A DNA stretch of 32,000 nucleotides from Gemmata obscuriglobus (GTDB taxonomy: Bacteria; Planctomycetota; Planctomycetia; Gemmatales; Gemmataceae). Positions 9,130 to 17,265 of the stretch are shown piece after piece (position 1 is the stretch's first letter; every line of letters starts with the position of its first letter). The notes under the pieces are model-generated. The model made no database searches. It was given only the letters and a program-made list of their open reading frames with translations, and was not told the origin of the DNA. The position numbers were made by a program, and so were the translations under genes. The stretch covers positions 8,760,001-8,792,000 of the forward strand of contig NZ_CP042911.1 of the NCBI RefSeq assembly GCF_008065095.1. The letters are read 5' to 3'.

Positions 9130-10044
9130 ATGCTCTCCCGCTCCCTTCTCGCCGCGCTCGCGGCTCTCGCCCTTGTACCCACTGCGCGCGGCCAGGACGG
9201 CCCCGTTCGCACGGAGGACGTGATCTACGGGCGCAAATACGGCCTCGCGATGACGATGGACGTGTTCGCGCCGAAGGATAAGGCGAACGGACGGGGCGTC
9301 ATCTGGTGCGTGAGCGGGGGGTGGTTCTCGAGCAAGGAAACGGTGCCGGCCGCCGGCGTCCGCGTGTTCACCGACCGCGGGTACACGGTGTTCGCGGTGA
9401 TCCACGGCAGCCAGCCGAAGTTCACGATCCCGGAAGTGCTCGACGACATGCACCGGGCGGTGCGGTTCATTAAGGCGAACGCGAAGAAGTACAACGTGGA
9501 CCCGGACAAGTTGGGGATCGCGGGCGCGTCCGCCGGCGGGCACCTGTCGCTGATGCAGGGGTGCGTGCCCAAGGAGGGGAACCCGAAGGCACAGGATTTC
9601 GTCGAGCGGCAGTCGTCGAAGGTGGCGGCGGTCGCGTGCTTCTTCCCGCCCACCGACTTCCTCAACTACGGCAAAGAAGGAAACGTCGCACTCGGCGAGG
9701 GGACACTCAAGAACTTTCGCCCGCCGTTCGACTTTTGGGAGCGCGATGAGGAGACGAACAAGCTCGTTGTGATCGCCGATCGGGAGCGGCGCAAGGCGAT
9801 CGCGAAGCAGGTCTCGCCGGTGTACCACGTGACCAAGAACTCGGCCCCGGCGCTGATCGTCCACGGCGACGCGGACACCCTCGTGCCGATCCAGCAGGCC
9901 GAACTCATCATCGCCAAGCTGAACGAGAACAAGGTGCCGTGCGTGCTGGACGTGCGGAAGGGCGCCGGACACGGCGGCCCGGCGTTCGCCAACGACCTGA
10001 AGGGGTTCACTGACTGGTTCGACAAACACCTGTTGAGCAAATAG
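9130..10044 (+). CDS. Secreted alpha/beta-hydrolase (esterase/lipase, BD-FAE-like fold)
   Basis: Signal peptide MLSRSLLAALAALALVPTARGQ. Nucleophile elbow GASAGGH, with HGDADTLVP and GAGHGG as the Asp/His candidates. Confidence 0.85.
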   Translation: MLSRSLLAALAALALVPTARGQDGPVRTEDVIYGRKYGLAMTMDVFAPKDKANGRGVIWCVSGGWFSSKETVPAAGVRVFTDRGYTVFAVIHGSQPKFTIPEVLDDMHRAVRFIKANAKKYNVDPDKLGIAGASAGGHLSLMQGCVPKEGNPKAQDFVERQSSKVAAVACFFPPTDFLNYGKEGNVALGEGTLKNFRPPFDFWERDEETNKLVVIADRERRKAIAKQVSPVYHVTKNSAPALIVHGDADTLVPIQQAELIIAKLNENKVPCVLDVRKGAGHGGPAFANDLKGFTDWFDKHLLSK

Positions 10045-10779
10045 TGCTACTTACAGTGTTTCAATTTTTGCCGTTTGTGCGCCCCTGTGTTAGCAGGCGG
10101 GTGGGACCCGAGTGTGTTCGTCCGGGTGATTATTCTCGTTGCGGCTGTCGTCAATTTGATACGACTGGAGTAGCGTTGACTCGCGCGAGGAGGAGGGGCC
10201 GTGCTCTCTCCCCCTTGCGCGCCTCAAAGTGCGTTCTCCAGGTCCGCAGCCCCGATCCTCAAGGCGATTCCGCGGACCACGTACTCGGCGGACCCGAAGG
10301 TGTTCGAGTCGTCCTTGGTCGCCAATAAATCGGCACGCCCGCCGGAAGGGATGTCGGAATCACAACCATCTTTCCGTTACGACGACAAAAAAGCCACGGT
10401 CTTATGTGACGCCCTCCCGCTGGGTAAACTCCGGTGGCTGGGCGGTTGTGTTCGGAGGGTGAACCAGTTAAGATTGTGAACTTTAAACGTGTCGTGGATG
10501 TGCTCCATCCGCGCGATCGATCTGGAAATGCCGCTACGGACATCACGACGGCTACCGAGGGCAACGCGGTCGGCGTGGTAGCGACAATGACGGAAGCGAC
10601 AGCGACGACGGCCCAGGCGGTGGGTAACCGTCAGGCCGGTGCAAGAACTCGCCCGTAATAAATGTACTGTCATGCGCCTCCTTGGCGAACAGGTCCGGTG
10701 GGGCACGTTGCGGCCCTCCGCTGTGGCCACATTTGCCGTCTCGTCATCTAAACCGTTAAGGTGGCAATATTTCTGACGA

Positions 10780-11232
10780 ATGCTGACACTTTGGCGGCTC
10801 ACGCACTGCGCGAGCGGGTGCAAAAGCGAGTCGTTCGGTTCGCCGGTTCGGGGGATTGCCCGCGTGGATGATCTGACGTGGTACTTGTTGGTCTGGGGGG
10901 CGGTAACCGTCCCGGGCGTACTGATCGGCTGGCTGAGAGTGTTCCCCAAAGCCGGGCAGCCGGGATGGGCCGCCTTGGTTCCGTTCTACAACATCTATGT
11001 CCTCATCGTTGGCGTCGCGAAGCTGAGCCTGCTCTGGTACGTGCTCATCTTCGTGCCCGTGGTCCAGGTGATCGCAGCCATTCTCGTGAACCTTGAGGTC
11101 GCGAAACGGTTCGGCAAGAGTGAGACGTTCGGGCTCGGGTTGACACTTCTTGGTTTCATTTTCTACCCGCTCCTTGGGTTCGGCTCGGACCGGTATCAGG
11201 AAGCCGGAGCAACCCCGCTCGACCGGCGGTAA
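10780..11232 (+). CDS. DUF5684-family small integral membrane protein
   Basis: Motif FPKAGQPGWAALVPFYNIYVL plus three further hydrophobic helices and ...FGKSETFGLGLTLLGFIFYPLLGFG. The start is uncertain: ATG 10780, or in-frame GTG 10864 (VDDLTWYLL...), which fits the family length better. Confidence 0.75.
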   Translation: MLTLWRLTHCASGCKSESFGSPVRGIARVDDLTWYLLVWGAVTVPGVLIGWLRVFPKAGQPGWAALVPFYNIYVLIVGVAKLSLLWYVLIFVPVVQVIAAILVNLEVAKRFGKSETFGLGLTLLGFIFYPLLGFGSDRYQEAGATPLDRR

Positions 11233-11507
11233 GGGTCGGTTCGAGCGGCCGGCAGCAAGTCATAACTGCGAGAGCAAGGCGCGGAAACGTCCGAGATGCC
11301 GACCGGGCCGTTTGTAGCCAAACGCGTCCGCTTTCCGCCGCGTGTGCCGAAGTTGCCTGTTCCGCGGGACGCAACATCAGGGTAAACTACGGGAAGGTAG
11401 AAGTTCTCCCCGCCGCGCTATTCCGACCCGCCGTGCGCCGACTTAAGTAGGTATCTCGTTCACCCGCTACTCGCTTCTCGACACAGAACCAGCCCGGAGC
11501 CGTTCCG

Positions 11508-12824
11508 ATGATCGATGTCGTGCTGAACCGCCAACCGCACGCGAACTGTACGGGCACCTCCCGCCGCGACTTCCTGCGGGTCGGGGCGCTGGCCGGGTTG
11601 TCGCTCCCGTCGCTCCTCCGGGCGGAAGCGCGGGCGACGTCTCCGGCGGCCGGCGCGCGGGCGAAGTCGGTGGTACTGGTGTTCCTCGGCGGCGGACTTT
11701 CGCACCACGACAGCTTCGACCCGAAGCCGGACGCCCCCGACGACGTGCGCGGAAAGTACGCCACCATCCCGACCGCCGTTCCGGGGCTGCGGATCAGCGA
11801 ACGGCTGCCCCGGATGGCGCAGGTCATGAACCGGCTCGCGCTGGTCCGCTCGGGCGCCCACAACAACGACCACCACGAGACCGCGACCAACTGGGTGCTG
11901 TCCGGACGGTTCGGCACGCCGTTCGGCGACTACCCCGCGGTCGGCGCGGTGGTGGCGCACGAGACGGGTTTCAGCGGGACGCTGCCCCCTTACGTGGCGG
12001 TGCCGCGGAACCCGTCGTTCACGTGGGAACTGGGCAAGAGCGCGTTCCTGGGCGGGCGGTACGAGTCGTTCAAGGCCGGCGACCCGAGCCAGACGAACTA
12101 CAAAGTGCAGGACCTTTCCTCCGAAGCGGACGCCAAGAAAGCGGCACGCCGCGACACACTCTTGAAGGCCGTCGACGGGCTCGCGCAGAAGGTGGAGGGG
12201 AACGACCAGATCGCGACCTACGACGAGTTCCACGCCCGGGCGCGCGAGATGGTGCTGTCGACCGAGGCCCGCAGCGCGTTCGCGATCGAGCGCGAGCCCG
12301 AGAAGCTGCGCGACCGGTACGGCCGCAGCACCGCGGGCCAGTCGATGCTGCTGGCCCGGCGCCTGGTCGAGAGCGGGGTGCGGTTCGTGACCGTGAACTA
12401 CGGCGGCTGGGACCATCACGGGAAAATCTTCGAGGGGTTGGACAAAAAGCTCCCCGAGTTCGATCAAGCCGTTTCGGCACTCGTCGAGGACATGAGCGCC
12501 CGCGGGACGTTCGAGAACACGCTGCTGGTCGTGATGGGCGAGTTCGGTCGAACGCCCAAGATCAACAAGGACGCGGGCCGCGACCACTGGGGGCAGGCGG
12601 CCTCGCTGCTGTTCGCCGGGGCCGGCGTGAAGCCGGGCCTGGTCCTCGGAAAGACCGACCGCCAGGGCGCCTACACGACCCAGCGACCGGTGACCCCGGC
12701 GGATGTCGCGTACACGATCCTGGACACGATGGGGATCGATCCGCGGAAGCAACTCACAACCCCGGACGGCCGGCCGCTTGAGGTGCTGGATCAAGGCGAG
12801 ACCGTGAAGGAACTGTTCGAGTGA
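11508..12824 (+). CDS. DUF1501 domain protein (sulfatase-like fold) with twin-arginine signal
   Basis: Tat motif SRRDFLRVGALAGLSLPSLL; motifs LGGGLSHHDSFDPKP, GGWDHHG and GEFGRTPKIN..GRDHW. No adjacent DUF1549/DUF1553 partner in the window. Confidence 0.92.
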   Translation: MIDVVLNRQPHANCTGTSRRDFLRVGALAGLSLPSLLRAEARATSPAAGARAKSVVLVFLGGGLSHHDSFDPKPDAPDDVRGKYATIPTAVPGLRISERLPRMAQVMNRLALVRSGAHNNDHHETATNWVLSGRFGTPFGDYPAVGAVVAHETGFSGTLPPYVAVPRNPSFTWELGKSAFLGGRYESFKAGDPSQTNYKVQDLSSEADAKKAARRDTLLKAVDGLAQKVEGNDQIATYDEFHARAREMVLSTEARSAFAIEREPEKLRDRYGRSTAGQSMLLARRLVESGVRFVTVNYGGWDHHGKIFEGLDKKLPEFDQAVSALVEDMSARGTFENTLLVVMGEFGRTPKINKDAGRDHWGQAASLLFAGAGVKPGLVLGKTDRQGAYTTQRPVTPADVAYTILDTMGIDPRKQLTTPDGRPLEVLDQGETVKELFE

Positions 12825-12834
12825 CGGCTTCCGA

Positions 12835-12885
12835 AACGCGATCGCGTTGAAGCAGCCCGTTGCAACGGGGCCGGACCATCCGGCC
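12835..12885. terminator. Three tandem GC hairpins between convergent genes (DUF1501 + / secreted protein -)
   Basis: AACGCGATCGCGTT (12835-12848), CCCGTTGCAACGGG (12856-12869) and GGCCGGAccaTCCGGCC (12869-12885). No U-tract, so function is inferred from position only. Confidence 0.45.
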
Positions 12886-12911
12886 CCGGGGAACGGACCG
12901 GTTCGGCGCGG

Positions 12912-13553
12912 TTACGCGGCGGCGCACGATCGTCCCTGGCGGCGCGTGCGAGCGGCCAGCCAGAGCCCGCCGAGCAGCACGCCTGCGGTGATTGCCAACC
13001 CTGCCGCGACGCCCTTGGGCGGAACTGCCGATCCCTCTTTTTTTGGGTTGGCCTTCGGCTCGTCGTACCCCTCGCCCTCAACCTTCTCCTTAACACCGGT
13101 CTTGGCGTCGATTGCGGTGACGGTGTGCGTCCACTTGACCGAGTTGCCTTTAATCTGATCCGATACCGTGGCCGTGCTGGCGAAATCGAGCCGGTGCGCC
13201 CCTTTGACCTTTTTCGCCTTTAGCGCGTCGAACAGTTCGGCGTCGGTTTTAAACTCTTTGGCCGCGTCTTGCGGTACGGCGAACAGGGAGACGAGCGCCC
13301 GCCGCCCGCCCGCCGCCATCGCTTTCGCCTGACCGGCGGTCAGTTCCAACTTCTCGTGGGTGAACTGTGGCGCCCCGAAGCCGCTGCTCACTTGCTGAAC
13401 GAACACGTACCCGGTCACGTCCTTACCGAGCACGACCTCGTTGGTCACGGACACGTACTTCTTGCCCTTCGGCGGGGGCGGTGGTGGCACGTCGGCGGTG
13501 GCGGCGCTGGCGAGCAGAAGCACGACAACGAGCGTGGGTAGCAACTTCTTCAT
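12912..13553 (-). CDS. Secreted hypothetical protein with C-terminal hydrophobic anchor and basic tail
   Basis: Signal peptide MKKLLPTLVVVLLLASAATA, then DVPPPPPPKGKK. The C-terminus is ...VPPKGVAAGLAITAGVLLGGLWLAARTRRQGRS. ATG at 13553 has AGGAA upstream; third-position bias is good. Confidence 0.72.
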   Translation of the reverse strand: MKKLLPTLVVVLLLASAATADVPPPPPPKGKKYVSVTNEVVLGKDVTGYVFVQQVSSGFGAPQFTHEKLELTAGQAKAMAAGGRRALVSLFAVPQDAAKEFKTDAELFDALKAKKVKGAHRLDFASTATVSDQIKGNSVKWTHTVTAIDAKTGVKEKVEGEGYDEPKANPKKEGSAVPPKGVAAGLAITAGVLLGGLWLAARTRRQGRSCAAA

Positions 13554-13571
13554 GGAAGGTGTTCCTGATAG

Positions 13572-13769
13572 TCATGCCGGGACCGTTACCCAATCAGACG
13601 GGGGCCGGACTCGTTCGGATTGGACGGCGACCGCAGTCCGGCGGGTGAAGCACGACGGCGGAAAACGTCCCGCCGCGTACTTCGTCGCGGGGAGGAACGG
13701 CCCCATGTCGGCGCACGCCGGTGCCGCGGTCAGTAGCGCAGTAACCAACGTCAGCGGTATAAGCTTCAT
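13572..13769 (-). CDS. Small (65 aa) secreted hypothetical protein, start overlapping the nuoD stop
   Basis: MKLIPLTLVTALLTAAPACA signal-like N-terminus. Its ATG (13769-13767) overlaps the nuoD TGA (13768-13766) as ATGA. G/C-rich third positions. No homolog recognised. Confidence 0.5.
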   Translation of the reverse strand: MKLIPLTLVTALLTAAPACADMGPFLPATKYAAGRFPPSCFTRRTAVAVQSERVRPPSDWVTVPA

Positions 13770-15055
13770 CGATCGATCTCGCCCATGACCACGTCAATGC
13801 TCCCAACGATTGCTGGCACGTCGGCGACGAGGCACCTCTTGCACAGTTCGCCCGCCACGCTCAGGTTCGCGAAACAGCTCGACCGCGCCCGCACCCGGAG
13901 CGGCACGTTCTCCTTCGCCGGCCGACCGACAATATGGAACCCCATCTGCCCGCGCGGGCACTCGGTTTCGACGTAGCACTCGCCGGGGCTGAGGTGCCGC
14001 GGCGGCTCCACCCGGTGCGCGTACCGGGTGCGCATCAGCTCCGCGAGCGTGGCGTCGTCGGCCTTCGCGTCGTCGGCGGACAGCGTCGGCTTACGGACCG
14101 CGAACTCGGCCTTCGTCTTCTCGCCCTCGGCGTGGAGGGCGTCGTACCGCGCTGCCGCTTGCTCCACGATCTTGATCGCCTCCACGACCTCGAGCATCCG
14201 GATGTAGAACCGGTGCCAGCAGTCACCAACGACCGCACCCGGCGGCGCGCGGTCGAACGGCGGCAGCGGCACGTCAAAGGTGTACTGCTCGTAACCGGAG
14301 TACGGCTCGGTTTTGCGCAGGTCCCACGGCGGGTCGCCCTTCGTGCGGTCGAGCGACGCGCGGAGCATCGGCCCGGTGCAGCCGTAATCGAGAGCCATCT
14401 CCTTTGTGAGCACGCCGATAGCAGCGGTGCGCTTCACGAAAATGTGGTTGTCGGTCAGAAGCGCGTGGTACTCCGGGATGCGGGGTTTGAAGTAGCTGAC
14501 GAAGGCGCGCACCCGGGCGGTGAAGTCCGGCGGCAGGTCGTCGTGCGCGCCGCCAATCGTCAGGTAGCTGTAGGTGAGCCGGGCGCCGCACACGTCCTCG
14601 AAAAGGTCCAGGATGTGCTCCCGCTCGCGGAAGGCGTACAGGAACGGGCTGAACGTGCCCAGATCGAGGCCGTAAGCCCCCATCCCGACGAGGTGCGAGG
14701 CGATCCGGTTCAGCTCCCCGATCAAAACGCGGATGACCTGCGCCTTCTCGGGCACCTTGAGCCCGCACAGCTTCTCGACCGCGAGCGAGAACCCGAGGTT
14801 CATGTTCATCGCGGCGAGGTAGTCCATCCGGTCCGTGTACGGGATGAACTGGATCGGCGTCACGTTCTCGCCGATCTTCTCGGCGCACCGGTGCAGGTAC
14901 CCGAGGTGCGGCGTCACCTCCGTGATCACCTCCCCGTCGGTGCGGAGCACCAGGCGCAGCACCCCGTGCGTGCTCGGGTGCTGCGGCCCCATGTTGACGA
15001 GCATCTCGTCGGTGCGGACGTCGAACTCGATGACGGTCTGGTCTTCGGGTGGCAC
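13766..15055 (-). CDS. nuoD: NADH-quinone oxidoreductase (complex I) subunit D
   Basis: Motifs NMGPQHPSTHGVLRL, HLGYLHRCAEK, PYTDRMDYL, FREREHILDLFE and RVRARSSCFANL, ending VMGEIDR. The start codon at 15055 is GTG, with GAAAGGG upstream. Confidence 0.95.
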   Translation of the reverse strand: MPPEDQTVIEFDVRTDEMLVNMGPQHPSTHGVLRLVLRTDGEVITEVTPHLGYLHRCAEKIGENVTPIQFIPYTDRMDYLAAMNMNLGFSLAVEKLCGLKVPEKAQVIRVLIGELNRIASHLVGMGAYGLDLGTFSPFLYAFREREHILDLFEDVCGARLTYSYLTIGGAHDDLPPDFTARVRAFVSYFKPRIPEYHALLTDNHIFVKRTAAIGVLTKEMALDYGCTGPMLRASLDRTKGDPPWDLRKTEPYSGYEQYTFDVPLPPFDRAPPGAVVGDCWHRFYIRMLEVVEAIKIVEQAAARYDALHAEGEKTKAEFAVRKPTLSADDAKADDATLAELMRTRYAHRVEPPRHLSPGECYVETECPRGQMGFHIVGRPAKENVPLRVRARSSCFANLSVAGELCKRCLVADVPAIVGSIDVVMGEIDR

Positions 15056-15079
15056 GGGAGAGGCCCTTTCGGCTCGGCA

Positions 15080-15919
15080 TCACACCTTGTTCAGTACCCG
15101 CTTGTCCATGAAGAGCGCGTTGGGGAACGTCAGCCCGCGCAGCTCGTAGCCCTTCTCGGCGAACAGTTGGCTCACCTCGGGCCGGTGAGCCAGCGTCCCG
15201 GTGACCAGCGTTTCGACGCAAATCACCTTCGGGCGGAACCGGCCGAAGTCGAGCGTTTTCAGCACCGCGAGGTCGAGCCCCTCAATGTCCACCGAGAGGA
15301 AATCCGGTGCCGCCCCGCCGAAGTGGTCCGCGATCACCCGGTTGATGTTCAGCAGCGGCGTCTTGACCACCCGAACCAGCCGGTGCTCGGTGGTGCGCTC
15401 CAGGTGCTCAACCTGAGCCTTGTCGAACGTGTTCAACTGGTCCGCGGTCAGCACGTAGTAATCGGCCTCGGTCGCGTCTGTGACGCCGATGCCGGCCGCC
15501 AGCACCGTGTCACCGGGGCGCACGCTTTTGAGACGATCGGTGTAAGCCACGTTCGGTTCCACGAGCACGCCGCGTGCGCCGCGGGTGTAAAACAGGTACG
15601 TGTTGTTCGACGCCACCGGGTCGTACGCGCCGACGTCCAGGTAGGTCGGCTTCTCGACCCGCACCGACGCCAGCAGCCCGCCCGCAACGATGTCTTCGCC
15701 GAACTGGGCGTAAGACAGCTTCGCCTCGTTCGGCATCGCCGGCGCGGGCTCGGCCGGCGGCTCCGGCTTCGGGCTCCATGCCCACCCGGACGGCTTGGCG
15801 GCGGCGAGCCCACCGGCACCGCCGACCAGCCCGGCCGCGCCGCCGAGCAACCCGCCGAACAGAAACGAACGCCGCGGCGGGGGCGGCGCAACGGGAGCAG
15901 AGGGCGAGATCGGTTCCAT
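15080..15919 (-). CDS. FkbM-family SAM-dependent methyltransferase with twin-arginine-like N-terminus
   Basis: ATG 15919 (MEPISPSAPVAPPPPRRSFLFGGLLGGAAGL...) inside the 613-aa track ORF. Motifs: SYAQFGEDIV, YLDVGAYDPVASNNTY, FLSVDIEGLDLAVL. It ends 24 nt before the nuoD start. Confidence 0.82.
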   Translation of the reverse strand: MEPISPSAPVAPPPPRRSFLFGGLLGGAAGLVGGAGGLAAAKPSGWAWSPKPEPPAEPAPAMPNEAKLSYAQFGEDIVAGGLLASVRVEKPTYLDVGAYDPVASNNTYLFYTRGARGVLVEPNVAYTDRLKSVRPGDTVLAAGIGVTDATEADYYVLTADQLNTFDKAQVEHLERTTEHRLVRVVKTPLLNINRVIADHFGGAAPDFLSVDIEGLDLAVLKTLDFGRFRPKVICVETLVTGTLAHRPEVSQLFAEKGYELRGLTFPNALFMDKRVLNKV

Positions 15920-16018
15920 GTGGCACCGCCTGGGGTCGGTTGGTGGTGGCGATTGTAGCGTGAGCGGACGCGGTGCGATATGCTGTACCCACTCCCTCCC
16001 GTACCGGAACCCGAACCG

Positions 16019-16678
16019 ATGCTCGCGCTCGTGCTCGCTTCGACCCTCGCCGCCGACCTCCCGGTCGCGCCCCCGCCGCGCCCCGTGGACCCGTTCGCCA
16101 AGTGGGAGAAGAACATTCTCGCGCACGAGAAGCGGCTGACCGCGGCCCCTCCCAAACCCGGGAGCGTGTTCTTCGCGGGCAGTTCCAGCATCGTGGGCTG
16201 GGACGTGAAGAAGTTCTTCCCGGGCGCCGGTTACATCAACGTCGGGTTCGGCGGCTCGGTGATCGCGGACAGCACCCACTTCGCGCCCCGCATCCTGACC
16301 CCGTACAAGCCCGGCACGATCGTGTTCTACGCCGGCGACAACGACATCGGCCGCGGGATCAAACCCGAACAGGTGGCGGCGGACTTCAAGGCGTTCGTCG
16401 CGGCGGTCCGCAAGGACAACCCGTCGTGCCGGGTGCTGTTCGTCGCCGTGAAGCCGAGCCTCGCACGGTGGAAGCTCTTCGAGGCACAAAAGAAGGCTAA
16501 CGCCCTCGTTCGCGCCTACTGCGAGAGCGAGACCGGACTGGTGTTCGTGGACATCGTTCCGCTGATGCTCGGTTCCGACGGCAAACCGGTTGCGGAACTG
16601 TTCGTGAAGGACGGGCTGCACATGACCCCCAAGGGCTACGAGTTGTGGACCGCCGCAGTCAGTAAAGCGCTGCGCTGA
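16019..16678 (+). CDS. SGNH/GDSL-family hydrolase (PAF-acetylhydrolase-like esterase)
   Basis: Block I FFAGSSSI, block II GFGGS, block III YAGDND, block V DGLHM. The start is ATG 16019 (MLALVLASTLAA..., weak signal peptide) or ATG 15980. Confidence 0.82.
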   Translation: MLALVLASTLAADLPVAPPPRPVDPFAKWEKNILAHEKRLTAAPPKPGSVFFAGSSSIVGWDVKKFFPGAGYINVGFGGSVIADSTHFAPRILTPYKPGTIVFYAGDNDIGRGIKPEQVAADFKAFVAAVRKDNPSCRVLFVAVKPSLARWKLFEAQKKANALVRAYCESETGLVFVDIVPLMLGSDGKPVAELFVKDGLHMTPKGYELWTAAVSKALR

Positions 16679-17027
16679 AACATTTTCCGCATGCACCTCC
16701 GGCCCCCGATGCCCTTGCCCTTGTTGGTTCGCCGGGGCACGCCGGTAGGTCCGGGGCACCCGATATCGCGTGGTGGCAGCCCCCCAGCGAACCGCCAGCG
16801 AGTTGCCAGTCCAGCGGTAGCGGGTGTCCACTCGGAGTCCCATCGAGCGCCCTCCCGCTCGGCACTGTGCCCCCCCGTTACAGTGCCCGGTGCGAGTTGA
16901 GAAGAGCGCTCCACCCGCCACAATTCAACCGCCATCCCAGCAGCTCGGGCTTCCCAGCCCGACTGATCGAGCGCAACAGAAGCCCATAGTTTCAAGTTCG
17001 CCGACCTCGAAACCCCGGCCTGCTGGC

Positions 17028-17063
17028 GTGGGCGGTTCGACCAATTGCGGTCGAACCGTCCAC
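17028..17063. other. Strong 15-bp stem hairpin (one G-U pair, 6-nt loop) in a 587-bp intergenic spacer
   Basis: GTGGGCGGTTCGACC-aattgc-GGTCGAACCGTCCAC, read directly. No flanking U/A tract and function unknown. Confidence 0.4.
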
Positions 17064-17265
17064 GGCCGCAGGCGGGTGGAGCCCCAGCGTGATTGTTTTC
17101 GGACCGCCGCGCGGGCCGGTGGGTTCGAGCGAATCCGTAGTCGCTCCGTTCGAACGGCTGATGGCAGCCGCTGCCGGAAGCACTGTGTGCCGTGCGACGG
17201 GCGTGGTTCCGCCGGTACAATTCGCATTTATCCGCCGTTCGTCACGGCACCACGGAGACGGGGAC

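Noticed and set aside
11233-11507. Small ORFs 11156..11377(-) and 11387..11917(-), and the hairpin CGTTTG-tagc-CAAACG between DUF5684 and DUF1501
   Set aside because: The ORF translations are low-complexity and overlap real genes. The hairpin is plausible as a weak terminator but too short to call.
14050-14200. Apparent insertion in NuoD (AEGEKTKAEFAVRKPTLSADDAKADDATLAELMRTRY)
   Set aside because: On recalling Thermus Nqo4, this region aligns with a naturally variable loop. The net length difference is only about 20 aa, which is not distinctive enough to report.
13934-15958. 674-aa + ORF antisense to nuoD and FkbM. Similar long shadows: 4579..6567(-), 11460..12794(-), 20049..22880(-), 23406..24473(-), 25176..26741(+), 29499..31448(-), and the upstream parts of 3955..6681(+), 15080..16921(-) and 25776..27992(-)
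   Set aside because: Each overlaps a gene with clear family motifs on the other strand or frame. The translations are R/P/G/A-rich with no motifs. For the three chimeric ORFs, only the downstream portion after an internal start matches a protein family.
16679-17265. tRNA, tmRNA, RNase P RNA or SRP RNA in the hairpin-rich spacer (GGTTCGA-containing stretches)
   Set aside because: No T-arm with a matching 5-bp stem, no ...TCCACCA 3' end or tag ORF, no GGAAAGTCCGG (P4) motif and no SRP GGAA tetraloop motif on either strand. It is kept only as an unassigned structured region.
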